DNA from: Salpingoeca rosetta
Taxonomy: Eukaryota; Protista; Choanoflagellata
DNA length: 64,000 nt
NCBI GenBank assembly: GCA_033442325.1
Contig: JAWQFM010000011.1
Coordinates: 517,131 to 581,130 of the forward strand
Direction: 5' to 3'
In this document: positions 1 through 12,922 of the stretch, piece after piece
How positions within the stretch are numbered: position 1 is the stretch's first letter
How the letters are laid out: the number at the start of each line of letters is the position of its first letter
Program-made: the position numbers and the translations under genes
The notes under the pieces: model-generated
What the model saw: only the letters and a program-made list of their open reading frames with translations
What the model was told of the DNA's origin: nothing
The model's database searches: none

Positions 1-278
1 GGACGGGGCAGGAGCCGTTGTTTGGCGGGCCGTCTGACTATGGCCGCGCACAGACATCCTCATCCCCTGCAAGCAAAGGCAGCCCTTCGCATGCGCATGT
101 GCGTGGTGCTGCTGCCCTGAATCGAGCTGGTCCTGGTCGGGGTGCTGCTGGCGAGGATGGCGATGGTGATGATGACGACGACGATGACGACTACGCCAAT
201 GTGGCGGGCTCACGCAACGGCAGCGGCTTTGTCGTTGATGATGGCGTTGGGGATGTCTCTGGCGTTGCCCGCAGGTGA
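1..278 (+). CDS. 3' part of an unknown low-complexity protein, truncated at the window start
   Basis: Frame open from position 3 to TGA at 276-278 (alternatively a donor at CAG|GTGATA). Coding-like composition, including DDDDDDDDYANV, followed by TG-rich non-coding sequence. Confidence 0.55.
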   Translation, partial: TGQEPLFGGPSDYGRAQTSSSPASKGSPSHAHVRGAAALNRAGPGRGAAGEDGDGDDDDDDDDYANVAGSRNGSGFVVDDGVGDVSGVARR

Positions 279-812
279 TATGTGTATGTCTGTGTGCGTG
301 TGTGTGCATGGTGCGCGATGGAGTGCATGCATTGTGCATGCGTTGAGTGTGTACGCGCGCGTGTGTGTGCATAGAGTGCGTCACAAGTTTTGTTTCTTGT
401 TTTTGTACTTTTGTCAAGTGGTCCAGACAGACCAGACCGCTTGACGTGTTGAGAACGATGATGGCTGGGGATATACCCCAGTTGCTGTTCCGTAGCGTGG
501 TGCAGTGTTGCTTTCCCTTGTGCTGCGCGCAGTGTGTGCGTTTGATTTTGATAGCCGTGCAGGTCTTTTGTGTGTGTGTGTGTGTATTGCGTGTGTGTGG
601 GTGTGTGTGGAGTCGTTGTATCAGAAAACGAGAGCTTGTGTATGAAAGTTTGAGGTGGGTGAGGTGGGTGGGTTGTATTTTTTTTTTCTTTTCTTTGCTG
701 CTCCAATCAATGCAAGCATCACATAACACGCAGGGATAGGCAGACACACACACAGACACACTCACAGACACACAAACAGACACACACACACACACACAGA
801 TACACAGACACA

Positions 813-848
<36 letters not shown>

Positions 849-884
849 TACACATGTCGAAAGGTCTTTCGGTGATTTTCGGCA

Positions 885-1271
885 ATGAACGGGAAAGAGG
901 AAACGGAGGCGGAGGAGAGGAAGGAGGACGAGAGCAAGAAGCATCAGCAGCACAGGCAGCAGGCGACGCACAGGCTGCTGCTACCCACAAGTGTTGACGA
1001 ACCACGGCAAGAGCAGCAACAAGAACAGCAGCAGGAGGAGGGCCAACGAGCACGCCGAGGGAGAAGGAGGAGGCCTTCACATCCACCTGGAGGTGAGGAA
1101 GGTCTTGGGATGGATGATGGTTGTGACATGTGACATTTTTGTATTTCAATGTGTTGGGGTTGTGACTGTGGTGCACCAGCAGCGTTCTCAGCAGCGTTCT
1201 CATGTCATATACACGCACCCATATGCGTGTGTGCATGTCTGTGCGTCTGTGTGCATTTGTGTGTGTGTGCA

Positions 1272-1307
<36 letters not shown>

Positions 1308-3331
1308 GGTCGTTGTGTCTTGCACACTTCAAGAGACACCACAAGTACGGCTTCCTCCCACCCCGACACCAAGCCCTGGAGCTCAGGTTGGTCTGGCTGG
1401 CACAGAAGCTGCGTTTCACTCCTCTCCAGCCAGTCATGCTGACACACTCAAACGCTCTCTGTTCAGCCCCTGATACCAGCACCCACGTCATGCACAGACG
1501 CGCAGACGCGTACAGTCTCAATCTTGCGCAGATGTACACTTGCAGCACACAACACACAGACACACAGACACACACAACACACACAGACACACACAGACAC
1601 ACACACATGCACAAACAGACACACACAGACACACACGTACACACACATACACACATACACACATACACACATACACACATACACAGGCCAACCCACGGCG
1701 GAAACGCTTGCCCAGTCCCGGATCGCTGTCTCGTATCTCTTCCCAGACTCCAAAGAACGCAGACCACCAGCAGCCACAGCCTCGCGCTCTCCCACAACCA
1801 CAGCGCAGGCGTAGTGCGGACACAGGCGCCCCTCGGAGCTTACCCCAGCCGGGAAAGGCAGCACCGTCTTCGAGACCAGCAACTCGCCAGTTGCCTCTGC
1901 CCAGTCAGTCTTCAACCCCACCCGCGAGTCCAGCACGTTCGCGCCACGTGTCCGATAGCGACGCACAACGCACAACGGCACCACAGCAGAGGCAGCCTGC
2001 GCTTCCCTCGCCGCGCCGCCGAAGGCCTTCCCTCCCTGTGCCACCACCACAGCAGCAGCAGCAACAGCAACAGCAGCAACAGCAGCAGGAGCAGAAAAAA
2101 GGGGGTGCGGCTTTGACGTTTCCTGTCTTTGACACCCCAACTGCTGCGACCGAAAGCCAAAGCCCGCAGAAGGAGCGTCGTCATCGCGGTCGCCGCAGCA
2201 GCTTACCACAGGTTCCGCCACCCGCTCACCGTTCATCTCACGCACGCACAGGCACCACACTTCCCACACCACCAGCACCTGCAACCACCACACCAGCAAG
2301 AGTAATTGCAGTCCCACAAGCCGCTACTGCTGCACCTCCAGCATCAGCACGTGACAGCCCGCGGCAGGTAGGAAAGGGCACACACAGAAGGGGCACACGC
2401 AGCTTACCGCAGCCACAGGCCAGTGGCGCTCGTGGGAGCAACTCCAAACGAGAAGACGGAGCAGAAGGCGAACAGCACGAAGAAGAGGAACAGCGAGAAC
2501 AAGAAGAAGCAGCAGCAGCAGCAACACAAGACACGCAGCAACAGCAGCGCCAGCAGCAGCAACAACAACAACAGCAACAGCAGCAGCAACAACGAACGGT
2601 GACGGCACGACAGCAGGAGGCGATGAATGCGTTTTCAAGGGCAAACCCACCGCGGTGTGGGCTGTGCGGATGTGTGCTGGCACCAAAGAGCAAGGCCCTG
2701 CAATGCCTGTTCTGTGACGACCTGTATGTGGTGTGCGGGGCGTGTGCGGAGAGAGACGATTTTGGCGAGCAGCACGAGCACGAGATTGAGATGTTTGACG
2801 ACTGGGATGTGCCAGAATACGGCGGTGGCGACGAAGAGGCACATGATGCAGAAGCGAAAGATGCAAAGGGGAAGGAGGAGAGAACAGAGATGAAGGAAGA
2901 CGTCCAAGGCACGATTGTGGAAACGCACGAGCATGAGACAGGGGCACGCCTCAACAAGGAAGAAGGCAAGGAAGCGGCGAGAGAGCACGAGAAGCAAGGC
3001 GATCATGTTGAGGGTGGCGTGGCTGATGAAGGGAATTCAAGAAGAACGAATGCAACAGCAAGAGATGCGAGCAATGATGGCACAGTGCAGCAGGCGGTCA
3101 AGGGTGGCGATGGCAAACACGAGGATGTGGCGATAGACAAGGCAACACATGCTGGCAGGCCACAAGAAGAAGGGAAGGCAGATGGGCAAGAAAAGGTTGT
3201 GGTCCCAAGTGACACTGCACCATCACAGCAGCAGCAGCAGCAGCAAGGCGGAGGTAAGAAGCAAAACAAAAGGCAAAGACGGCGACAAAAGCAGAAACAG
3301 AGGCAACAACAACAGCAGCAGCAGCAAAAGC

Positions 3332-3389
<58 letters not shown>

Positions 3390-6300
3390 GCAACAACAAC
3401 AACAGCGGCAGCAGGGAAGCAAACCGCAAGAGCCAGCGCCCCAATCAGACGAGACAGCAGTTGAAACCACTTCAGCACCGGGCACCATCAGCAGCAGGAA
3501 AACTCGCACATCCTCATCTTCATCCACATCGTCTCAGTCTGCCGCAACTGCGAATACAGCAGCTGTACCAACAGCACCAACGGCAACGTCAACAACGACA
3601 ACAACAGCGGCAACAGTGACAGGAATGGGTGCACAACAGCCCACACAGCGGTTGTCTGTGAGCGAGCGAATGCGGCTTGCGCAGCAGCGGAGGCAAGAGA
3701 TGCAAGAGCAAGCAAAGGCCGAGGCATTTGCCAAGCAGCAGCAGAAGGCAAGACGAACATCTGACACACAACAGGAGGGGCTCGTACACCAGCAACACCA
3801 ACACGATCAGCAGCAGCAGCAGCAACTTCAACTTGCGAGCGAGGAGCGGCTACGGCAGGCGAGGGAACGGCGCCTAGCCGGCGAGATGGCGGCACGGGAG
3901 CAGGTGTTGCAGGAGTTTACGCAGGACGAACAGCGCAAGATGCAGCAGCAGCAGCTGGTGGCGGCCCAGTTGGAAGAGCAGGGGCGATTGCTGCGACAGC
4001 GGAATGAGGAGAAGCGCGCACGCGTGTCCGAACGCCGGCAGCGGGACGTACGTGACGTTTTTGCGTTTTTTTTTTGTGTGTGCATGTTGCTTGTGTATAT
4101 GTTTGGTGTGAAGCCACAACCAAGTGTTTCTGGCTTTGCAAGTGTACTTGCACGCACACAGACACACGCACACACACACACATAGCATAAGCACAGGCAC
4201 AGAACACACACACACACACACAACATAAGCACAGGCACAGAACACATGTACACACACACACACATGTTCATTCACAACCGACTTACGCCCCGTGTCGTGT
4301 GCGTGTTGTACAGTCTGAGGAGGCGGTGCTGAAGGCGAAAGCGCTGGAGATGATGCTGACGGCTGATGCGAGTGCAGACCGCGATGATGATGCAACTAGC
4401 GGTGATGGTGGCGACGCGCTTTCATCACAACAGAGGCGACGACGACGACGACGAAAGCAGGGGCGAAGGAGTGCACGGAGCAGCGACAGCACTTACGAAG
4501 AGCCATCACAACCAGCGGTGGAGGAGGACGAACGAGAAGAAGGAGACGAAGCAGCAGAAGTCGAACAAGAGCCAGAGCGAGGACAGCACACGGCGCAGGA
4601 AAGGAACGTGGAGGATGGCAAAGGCACAGGCGAGCAAGTGAAGCCACACCAGCAGAAGGCGCAGCAGCAACACGAGCAGCATCGTGGCCAGCCTCAGCAA
4701 CTTGAGCCAGCAACCAAATCGACACGCTCGGGCGTGCTGTCAGCCAATACGCGGGGATTGCTGCGCGTGCACTGGTCCGTGCTGATGCTGTCTTTTGCGC
4801 TGTTTCGTTTGGACGGACTTGAGAGCGATGGTGGTGTTGAGAGCGATGGCGAGCAAGCGGATAGCGAACATGTTGACGTGACGGCCGTGGATGCCAGCGT
4901 TTGGGATCACCATGAGAACCAGCCGGGGCGTAAGCAACAAGAGCAAGAGCAAGAGCAAGAGCAAGAGCAAGAGCAACAGCAGCAGCACCAACAGCAGCAA
5001 CACCAAGAGCCGGAACAGGAGAAGAGTCAGGTGCATGCGCTGTTGCAGTCGCATCCGCGTGTGGCAGCAAGCACCGCCTTGCCTCTGGTTTCCACATCAC
5101 GCCATCAGCAGCAGTGCAAGAGCACGTGTGTCCAATTGTTGCGCGCTCATGCCTCCGTGCTGCGTGTGTGTTCACCGTGTCGAACATTTCCCGTGAAGTT
5201 CTCCGAAATCACAACCGCGCCAGCAGCACGCCACGCCCTGCCGGTGGCGACACAGCTGCCCAGAGCACACGGCAGGTTTGCCCTTGCCTCCGCTGATGAT
5301 GTGGGCGTGCCGCAGTGTGTGGTGGACGTGTTGTCCGAGCTGACATCAGCAGCGGAGGACCTGGTCATGACGCAATCAGCAACGGGTGTTGTGGACGCGC
5401 TGGCTGAGGCCTCGCTGGCATACATGCGCTGGCAGTCATCTCCACCAATCACAATACCGGACATTGCGGCAGACGTGGCGTGTACGGCGTGTGTTTCCGG
5501 TGTGGAGGAGGTGTTGCTGACAGCGTGGGTGCAGGGCGCGGTGACAAGCATCACAGAGGCCGCGAGCGACCTGCTTGCAGCAAGTGACCCCACCATGCTG
5601 TGCATTGACGCTGTGGCAAGCACCGTCGTGGAGGAGGCGATGGCAGATGCCGTAGCTGAGATGGCGGTGCCGCGTGTTGTGCAGCAGCTCAGCCATGACG
5701 CAATCGACCTCATGCTGATGATGATGGCGGCAGCAGGGGAAGAAGAGAAAGAGGGCAAGGAGGAGGGCAGCCGAGGTGTGGAGTTCGATATGGAGCCGCG
5801 CGAGGCGGCGCTGGTGGAAGAAGAACATGTGGACGTGGACGGGCGAACAGAGACTGGCGCCGCCGATGAGAGTGAGCGGGCGGTGGCAGCAGTTCCCGCA
5901 AGTGCTGTGAACAAAGGCGACCAAAGTGACCGGAATCAGCAGAAAGCCGGCGACCAGCTCAAGCAACACCAATCAGCAGAGCAAGCACAACAACCGGAAC
6001 AAGCCGTGCCAGCAGGTCAAGTTGAGCCAACAGAGCAGCATGAAGAGGCTGGGGTTGCTGCCGTGCCGCTTGCTGCATTGGATGGCGCCGAAACCGGTGA
6101 TGAAGGACAGCAGCCCTTGAAGGTGACGACGTTGGTGAAGCAAGTCATGGGGTCTGTCGATGGTGTGCAGAGTGCCACGGCAAACGCATCTCAACACCCA
6201 GCGACAGCGGCGCCTGTGGCAGCAGCAGAACAGCAGCAGCAGCAACAGCAGCAGCATGAAGGAGACGAGCCAGCAGCGCTCGGCACGACGATGGCAGCAG

Positions 6301-7226
6301 GCGCCGACACAACACACCGTGAGGAAGTGGTGGCACTGGTGAAGCCAAAGGGTGTGCGGCGTGTGCCCGACGCAACGGTTGCGTTGCTTCGCGAGTACAT
6401 GGGGACAGCAGAGGTTGTGTTTGACGAGGGCATTTACGTGCGCGAGAAGCCGTTTATCAAGGCGCTGTGTGCGTATGCAGACTCGTCCGCGTGCGAAACG
6501 CGTCTGGACGCGCGCACGCGCATGGCGCTGCCCAAACTGAAGGCAGAGCAGCTTGTACCCTTTCTCAAGGCGGCGAATGTGTTGGTCATTCGAGCCAGGC
6601 GCCGCTATCCTCGCTTCACCGGACGTTTTGTCCACGGCATTTTCCTGCATGGGATTGACGTTTCGTTTAACATGCCCGAGCGGCAGCAGCAGCAGCAGCA
6701 CGAGCAAGGCGAAGGGGAGGAGGCGGAGCAGAGGAAACAGCGGAAGCAAAAGCAGCGCAAGCGGGTGGTTGGTGCGGATGGAAAGGAATTGGAGGAAGAA
6801 GTGACGGTGACGGTAACCACGAGCCCGCCTCGCTCACCATCCCCACACACTCGCACACAGCACAGGCCAGCATCAGCAGCAGCAGCAGCAGCAGTAGCAG
6901 CAACAGTAACCACAACAGGACAACAGCAAGTACCTCCACCACCACAGCTGAAGGAAGACATGAAGGATGGGGCGCTGTTGTCTTCATCGTCGCATGCGAA
7001 GTCGCCGCAAGCACAGCCGTTGTCGCCGACAGCTGGTGCGGCGGTTGGCACAGATACCACAACAGCAGCAGCAACAGCGAGCATGAGCGCTGATGTTGGT
7101 GCCGGTGGGGCCGCAGCAGCGTTAAAGGAGGAGAACGAGAAGTTGAAGCGAAAGATTGAGGAGTTACAGAAACAGCTGGAGGCCAAAGGGGCCGCCAGTG
7201 CAAGTCATGAAGTGACACAAGCACCA

Positions 7227-7258
<32 letters not shown>

Positions 7259-7547
7259 TCCAGGTGTTGGTGCACCACCCCCTCCTCCTCCTCCTCCACC
7301 GCCACCACCAGCATCAGGCATTCCCCCTCCTCCTCCTCCACCGCCACCAGGATCAGGCATTCCTCCACCACCACCACCTCCACCAGGGTCAGGCATTCCT
7401 CCACCACCACCACCGCCGGGATCAGGCATTCCACCACCACCACCACCGCCACCGGGCACAGGAGGGCCGCCACCACCACCGATGATGATGCCTGTTGTGC
7501 CGCAAGGTGGGCTGCTTTTTTCGCTTGCACGTGCTGTGCTGGTTGTT

Positions 7548-7585
<38 letters not shown>

Positions 7586-9038
7586 CTTGTTTGATGTTGT
7601 GCGATGCTTCTGCTCTCATGGTCAGCTCACGCTGCCAATCGCTGTTTCGATTGCGCGCGCGCGCGCGCGCGTGTGTGTGTGTTTTCAAAGGCCCGCGGAA
7701 ACCAGTGGTGAAACCAACAGCGAAGATGAAGCCGCTCTTCTGGGAGAAAATCACGCTCACGCCCGACGAGATTGCACACGCTGAGAAGGTGCCGTGACTG
7801 GTACTTCGTGCTTCGTGACTTGTGCTGCTGCTGCTGCTGTGCTGTGATGTGATGTGGGAGTGTTGGCGTTGTCATGCTGGGGAACCGAGAGGCTGTCAAG
7901 TTGTGTGCTGTGTGCGTTGCTGACACGCATGGTGCGCTGTCTCTCGCTGCGCGTCTGCGCCGTTGTCCCTGTTGTTGGGCTGTCGCTCACTTGGTCGCGT
8001 TCGCGTTTGCGTGTGTGCATGTGCGTGTGCATGCAGGTGGAAGAAGCAAAGAAGAAGCGAGAGGAAAGGAAGAAGAGAAAGAGCAATGAGGACAGTGACG
8101 ACAACAGCAAGAGCGCCAGTGACGATGAAGGCGGCGATAATGCTGACGACGACGGCAATAACAACAAGGACGATGATGATGACGAGGACGACGTATCTGT
8201 GTGGGCGACGCTGAAGGAAGCGGAATTGGACACGAAAGCGTTTGAGGACGCATTTGCACAGAAGGTGCGCAAGTGAGAGGTTGTTGTGGTGGGTGGTGTG
8301 GTGTAGATGACATAGGATGCGATGTACACTTTCGTTTGATTTTGACAGCGGCTTCACTTCCCCAGCCAACGCACTTCGCCCCCCCCCCCACACACACACA
8401 TACACACACATGATCGCACCCTATTTTGCGACGTGCCCCACTGCAGGTGGTGAAGAAGAAGGACAAAGCGGCAGAAGAGAATGGAAAGAAGAAAGAGAAG
8501 AAGGCGGAGTCGTTTTCGGCGCTGGACGGAAAGCGCGCGCAGGCCGTTGGCATTCTCATGGGATCGATCAAGATCGGTGCGTGGGTGCATGTGCTTGTTT
8601 GTTTGTGCGTTTGTTTGTTTGTTTGTGCGTGTGTATGGTAGTTGTTTACACATGTGCGTGTCGATGTGTGCACGTTTGCGCGCGCTTGTGCGTGTGTGCG
8701 TGCCATTACGTTCAGGTTTACGCCAACTTTTGTTCTCCGTTTCTGCTCTCAAATGCACTCACAATGGGGTTGTCACCTCCCATACAGACATGGACAAGCT
8801 TGAGCAAGCGGTTTACACGATGGATGAGAGTGTCTATTCGCTGGAGAAGGTGAAAGCGCTGCACATGAACAGGGCGACACAGGAGGAACTGGACCTGATG
8901 TCCATGCACCTCGACAGCGAAAAGGCAAAGAAGGTGTGTTTGGTACTGCTTGCCGACATGCACGCACACGATGCACACACACATACACAACCAACAACGA
9001 CGATGGTGGTGACGCCGAACAACCACTGATTCCCATCC

Positions 9039-9106
<68 letters not shown>

Positions 9107-11343
9107 CACATGGTGACTGCAGGTGCCGCTTGCAAAACCGGACGCGTTTCTGTGGGAGCTGAACAAGATCTCCAACTTTGATCTGCGTGTGCAATGCTGG
9201 ACGTTCAAGTCGACGTTTGAGGAGAATGTGTTCACTGTTCAGGAGCGCATTGATGCCGTACGCAAGAGCTGCATTGCATTGCGTGAGAATGCGTTTGTGC
9301 AGACGGTGCTGGCACACGTGCTCGCGTTTGGAAACTACATGAACGGCAGCACGCGACGCGGACAAGCGGACGGATTTTCTCTCGTGATTTTGGCAAAGCT
9401 TCGCGATGTCAAAACACAGGTGGTGACGATGATAGTGTGGTGAATGGGTGATGGTTGTGATCTTGAAAAGTGGTTGTGACCAATGTGTTGCTGTTTCTCG
9501 TTGTCGCGTGGTGCTGCTTGTGTGGTAAACCGTGGTATAACGGCTTTCATGTGCATTGGTTGATACTTACACTCTGTATCGGCTGACCATGACACAGGAC
9601 AACTCATCCACGCTTCTGGCCTTCTTGGGTGCGCGGTTTTGTGTTCATCTACACCCGCGTGAATGCGTGCATGTGAACCCCCCCCCCCCAGTTGCACACC
9701 AATCAATCACCACGTTTCATTTGTGCTCCAGCGCGCTCGCCTGTCCCTTTTCTTCCCATCCCCATCAGCACCAGCACCACCGCTTCCCCACCTTCGCCAC
9801 CATCACATCACTTCACATCCCGCACCGTAACCAATGCCACTGTTTCCCCTGCCCCCCCCCCCCCCCCCCCACCACCACCAGCGCACACATTAACGCGTGA
9901 TGACCCGACAGCCGGCACAGACGAGGCAGAGTTTCCACTGCCCAAGCCAGCCCTCCTCCAGAGGTTCGCATACACAGTTGTGTGTGTGTGTGTGTGTGAA
10001 GTTTTGGGTTGCTGTGTGCGCGAGTCCGTTTGTACTCTGTGCCTTGTGTCTGCACCCACCCACTCAGCCAATCATCGTTCCGCTCACCCCTCACACTGCA
10101 CGTTACAACCACCTCCCCCCCATCACGGCCTCTCCACAGCGCGGCTCAAATCCGCTTCGAAGATATCAGCTCGGACGTGAAGAAGATTGAGGTTGGCGTG
10201 AAGACGTGCTCGCGGCGCGTGGATAAGGTGGTGGCAAGCACCGACAACGAAGACATTGTGCAGCCCTTCAAGAACGAAATGGAAGCGTTTGTCGCCACCA
10301 GCACCGCCACGGTACATGACTTGCAGAAGCAGCTGGCAGCGTGTCAGGACCTCTTTACCAATGTGCTCAAGGTATTCACACACTGGCTGCGCACGGGGCA
10401 GGGCCGGGGGTGGCACCCCATGTTCACGGTCTAGTGCATTCGCCACGCGTGCGTGCGGGTTGTGTCAACACGCTGTTTTGCTCTTCTGCGCTGCTTCCTG
10501 ACGCACACATGACCCTGAATATGCGTCGGTTTATCCGTGCGCCTTGTCTGTTTGCGTGTCTCTGTTCCAGTTTTTCAAGTACGGCAAGAAGGAAAAGGGC
10601 ACAGGCGAGAATGGCGCCATCACGCCTGCCGACTTTTTCGACATATGGGCCTCGTTTGTCGCCGGATACGAGGAGTGCTGGAAAGCAGAACAGAGGGATG
10701 CTGCCAAACGCATCTTCGAGGCTGCACGCAAGGTGGCGTGCGTGTGTTGTGCGTGAGTGTGTTTTGTGTGTGTGTGTGTGTCTGCGTGTTGTGTGTATGT
10801 GTGTTGTGTTTGCCTTTTCTCTGCCGGTTTCCTGGTTTCTGCTTGTGGTGTTTGTTCGGCTTCGTAACTCTTGCTTTGCTGCTTGTTGCATCCAGCCACC
10901 ACCCCTTTGGCTCACGCATGTACCCTCACGCATGCACTCTTGCGTTGATCGCTTGCTCATCGTTGCAGGCAAAGCTTGCGCAGCAGTCGAAGGGAAAGAA
11001 GGTGCGGAAGGTGATGGGCGGGATGAAGTCCAGGTTGAAGCGGCGGTTTGGCAGGAAAACGTCCTCAGCTGACGTATCGCAAGCGACAAACGGGGAAGCG
11101 AAGCGCAGTGACGATGGTGGAGGTGGTGATGATGGTGATGGTGAGGATGGCGGTGATGGTGGTACCAGCAGTGATCAGCGGAAACAGCAACAGAGCCAGG
11201 TAGACGACAAGGCGGCAAAACAACTAACCGACGAAGCAACCACAGCAACAGACAAGCAACACACAGAAGACCAGAAGCAGGAACAGGAGGAAGAAGAGGA
11301 GGAAGAAAAGGAGAGCAAGGAAGCTGGTCACAAGCAGGCCTGA
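885..11343 (+). CDS. Multi-exon formin (FH1-FH2) of FMN/Cappuccino-like type with a long N-terminal region containing a ZZ-like zinc finger
   Basis: Polyproline FH1 at about 7223-7480. FH2 exons from 7691: MKPLFWEKI, LDGKRAQAVGILM, LAFGNYMNGSTRRGQADGF, LRDVKTQ|DNS, FPLPKP, QPFKNEMEAF, PADFFDIWASF. Stop at 11341-11343. The phase-0 intron 4048-4313 joins the two large N-terminal ORFs. The first exons (ATG 885, about 1333, about 1688) are less certain. Confidence 0.9.
7223..7480 (+). repeat. FH1 polyproline tandem repeats, (P)6-10 separated by GSGI/GVGA/GTGG-type spacers
   Basis: Repeated TCAGGCATTCC(T/A)CCACCACC units encoding PPPPPPPGSGI. Confidence 0.9.
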
Positions 11344-11463
11344 GCAGGGAGCGAGAAGCGACCTTGCTTTTTTGTTTCGCTGTGTCGCTTGCGGTCTGCC
11401 GAAAAGTTACCCGTATTTTAAACAAATTTCCGAACTTTCCACGACTTGCCAGCGGCAACGAAG

Positions 11464-12405
11464 ATGAACGACCGACGAGATGATGGGTTTGGGTTTGGTG
11501 GAGACGGAGGTGTTGATGGCTCCAACTTTGGTCGTGGCGGGGATGACGGAAGAGGGATGGATATGTTCACGGTGCTGGACGCCATGATGGCTGAGATGAT
11601 GGGCAGCATGAACGTTGGCCTCGCTGGCGGGCAAGGCGGACTTGGGATGATGGGCATTGATGATGATGATGATGACGAGAGCAGCGCGCGCTTCCACATT
11701 CTCGACAGCAGCGATGATGCCACAAGAATACCACGAAGCGGCAGCGGCACAAGTCCACGAGACAGGCTGCTGCGTCCACAAGGGGGAAACCACACCGCAA
11801 CTACAGGCACACTGGTTGGCAGCAGCAGTGGCAATGTTGGTGGCGCAAATGAGCCGTCTTCCATCCCTTCCATTTTCGATGCTGCACGCCACGGTGATCA
11901 GCGGCTGCAGCCACCACCGCCGTCATTCTTTCCATTTGGACCTTCGCTGCTGGAGCAAATGTTAGGCCAAGGCCACGAACCGCGCACGCTGGACTCGGTT
12001 GGGGGCATGTCCCCGGCGGTGTCCTCGTCAAGCACGTTTGTGAGTGTGGTTCAGAATGGGCGGGAAACGATTCGCAAAGAGACGCGGACCGTCAACGGCG
12101 AAACCGTGACGGAGGAGACGCGCACGTGGGTGGATGAGGACGGACAGCAGCGCTCAACAACATCAGTGCTGACATCGGGCGGGGCCCAGCCAGCACGGCC
12201 CATACTGGGCGGGCCCGAGACACCCGCATCCCGCCTTGGCGTCACGCCCAACAACGCCAACAGCAGCAGCAGCAGCAACGACGGCAGCAATGGTGGTGGG
12301 GCTCGTGTCTTCAACGCACCGCAACCACCGCAGGCCAACAGCGCCGCAGACGTTCCTTTTACCACCAAGGCGGTTCACTTCCTCTCCGCTTTGTTTGGCA
12401 AATGA
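11464..12405 (+). CDS. Intronless HAX1-like protein (313 aa)
   Basis: Clean ORF. Acidic DDDDDDE patch, SPRDRLLRP, VTEETRTWVDEDGQQRSTTSV and an amphipathic end (VHFLSALFGK) appear in the same order as recalled HAX1 motifs (TLRDSMLKYP, VEERRTVVDSEGRTETTVT, ILDLFLGRWF). The coding call is firm; the family call is tentative. Confidence 0.6.
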   Translation: MNDRRDDGFGFGGDGGVDGSNFGRGGDDGRGMDMFTVLDAMMAEMMGSMNVGLAGGQGGLGMMGIDDDDDDESSARFHILDSSDDATRIPRSGSGTSPRDRLLRPQGGNHTATTGTLVGSSSGNVGGANEPSSIPSIFDAARHGDQRLQPPPPSFFPFGPSLLEQMLGQGHEPRTLDSVGGMSPAVSSSSTFVSVVQNGRETIRKETRTVNGETVTEETRTWVDEDGQQRSTTSVLTSGGAQPARPILGGPETPASRLGVTPNNANSSSSSNDGSNGGGARVFNAPQPPQANSAADVPFTTKAVHFLSALFGK

Positions 12406-12922
12406 TTGCAGGGCACGGAATGTGTGTGTGTGTGTGTGTGTGTGTTTGTGTGTGCATCTTCGTGACCATTCTGTGACCAGCCATGTGCATATACCCTTCA
12501 CATTCTCATGTCACCATGAGCAAGGGAGCAATCAAGTAAACACCCTTTCATTTGATTGATGCAAGTGGAAGTTGACTTCAAGCTAAGTCGCAAAACACAA
12601 ACCAAGAAAGGAACACAGAACACACACACACATACACACTTGTGCTGGTGAATAAGAAAGAGATGGGCACGTTTGAGGTTGACACAGTCGCATGAAATGA
12701 AGAGGAGGTGGTGGGAAGGGGTGTCACGAAGAAAACTCCGCGTAAGGAGGCCCTCGAAGTTGCAACAGCACGATACACGATGAAGATGCAATCTCGATTC
12801 ACAGCAGTCGCGCAAACAAGGCCACAATGAACACACGTCACACAGACACATACACATACACAGACAGGCAAGCAGACAGACAGACAGACAGACAGACAGA
12901 CAGGCACAGCGCCGAATGCCTT

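Noticed and set aside
4186-4262. Short direct repeat CATAAGCACAGGCACAGAACAC x2, superficially like a CRISPR repeat
   Set aside because: Only two copies with a CA spacer inside a formin intron; a local duplication in a eukaryotic genome.
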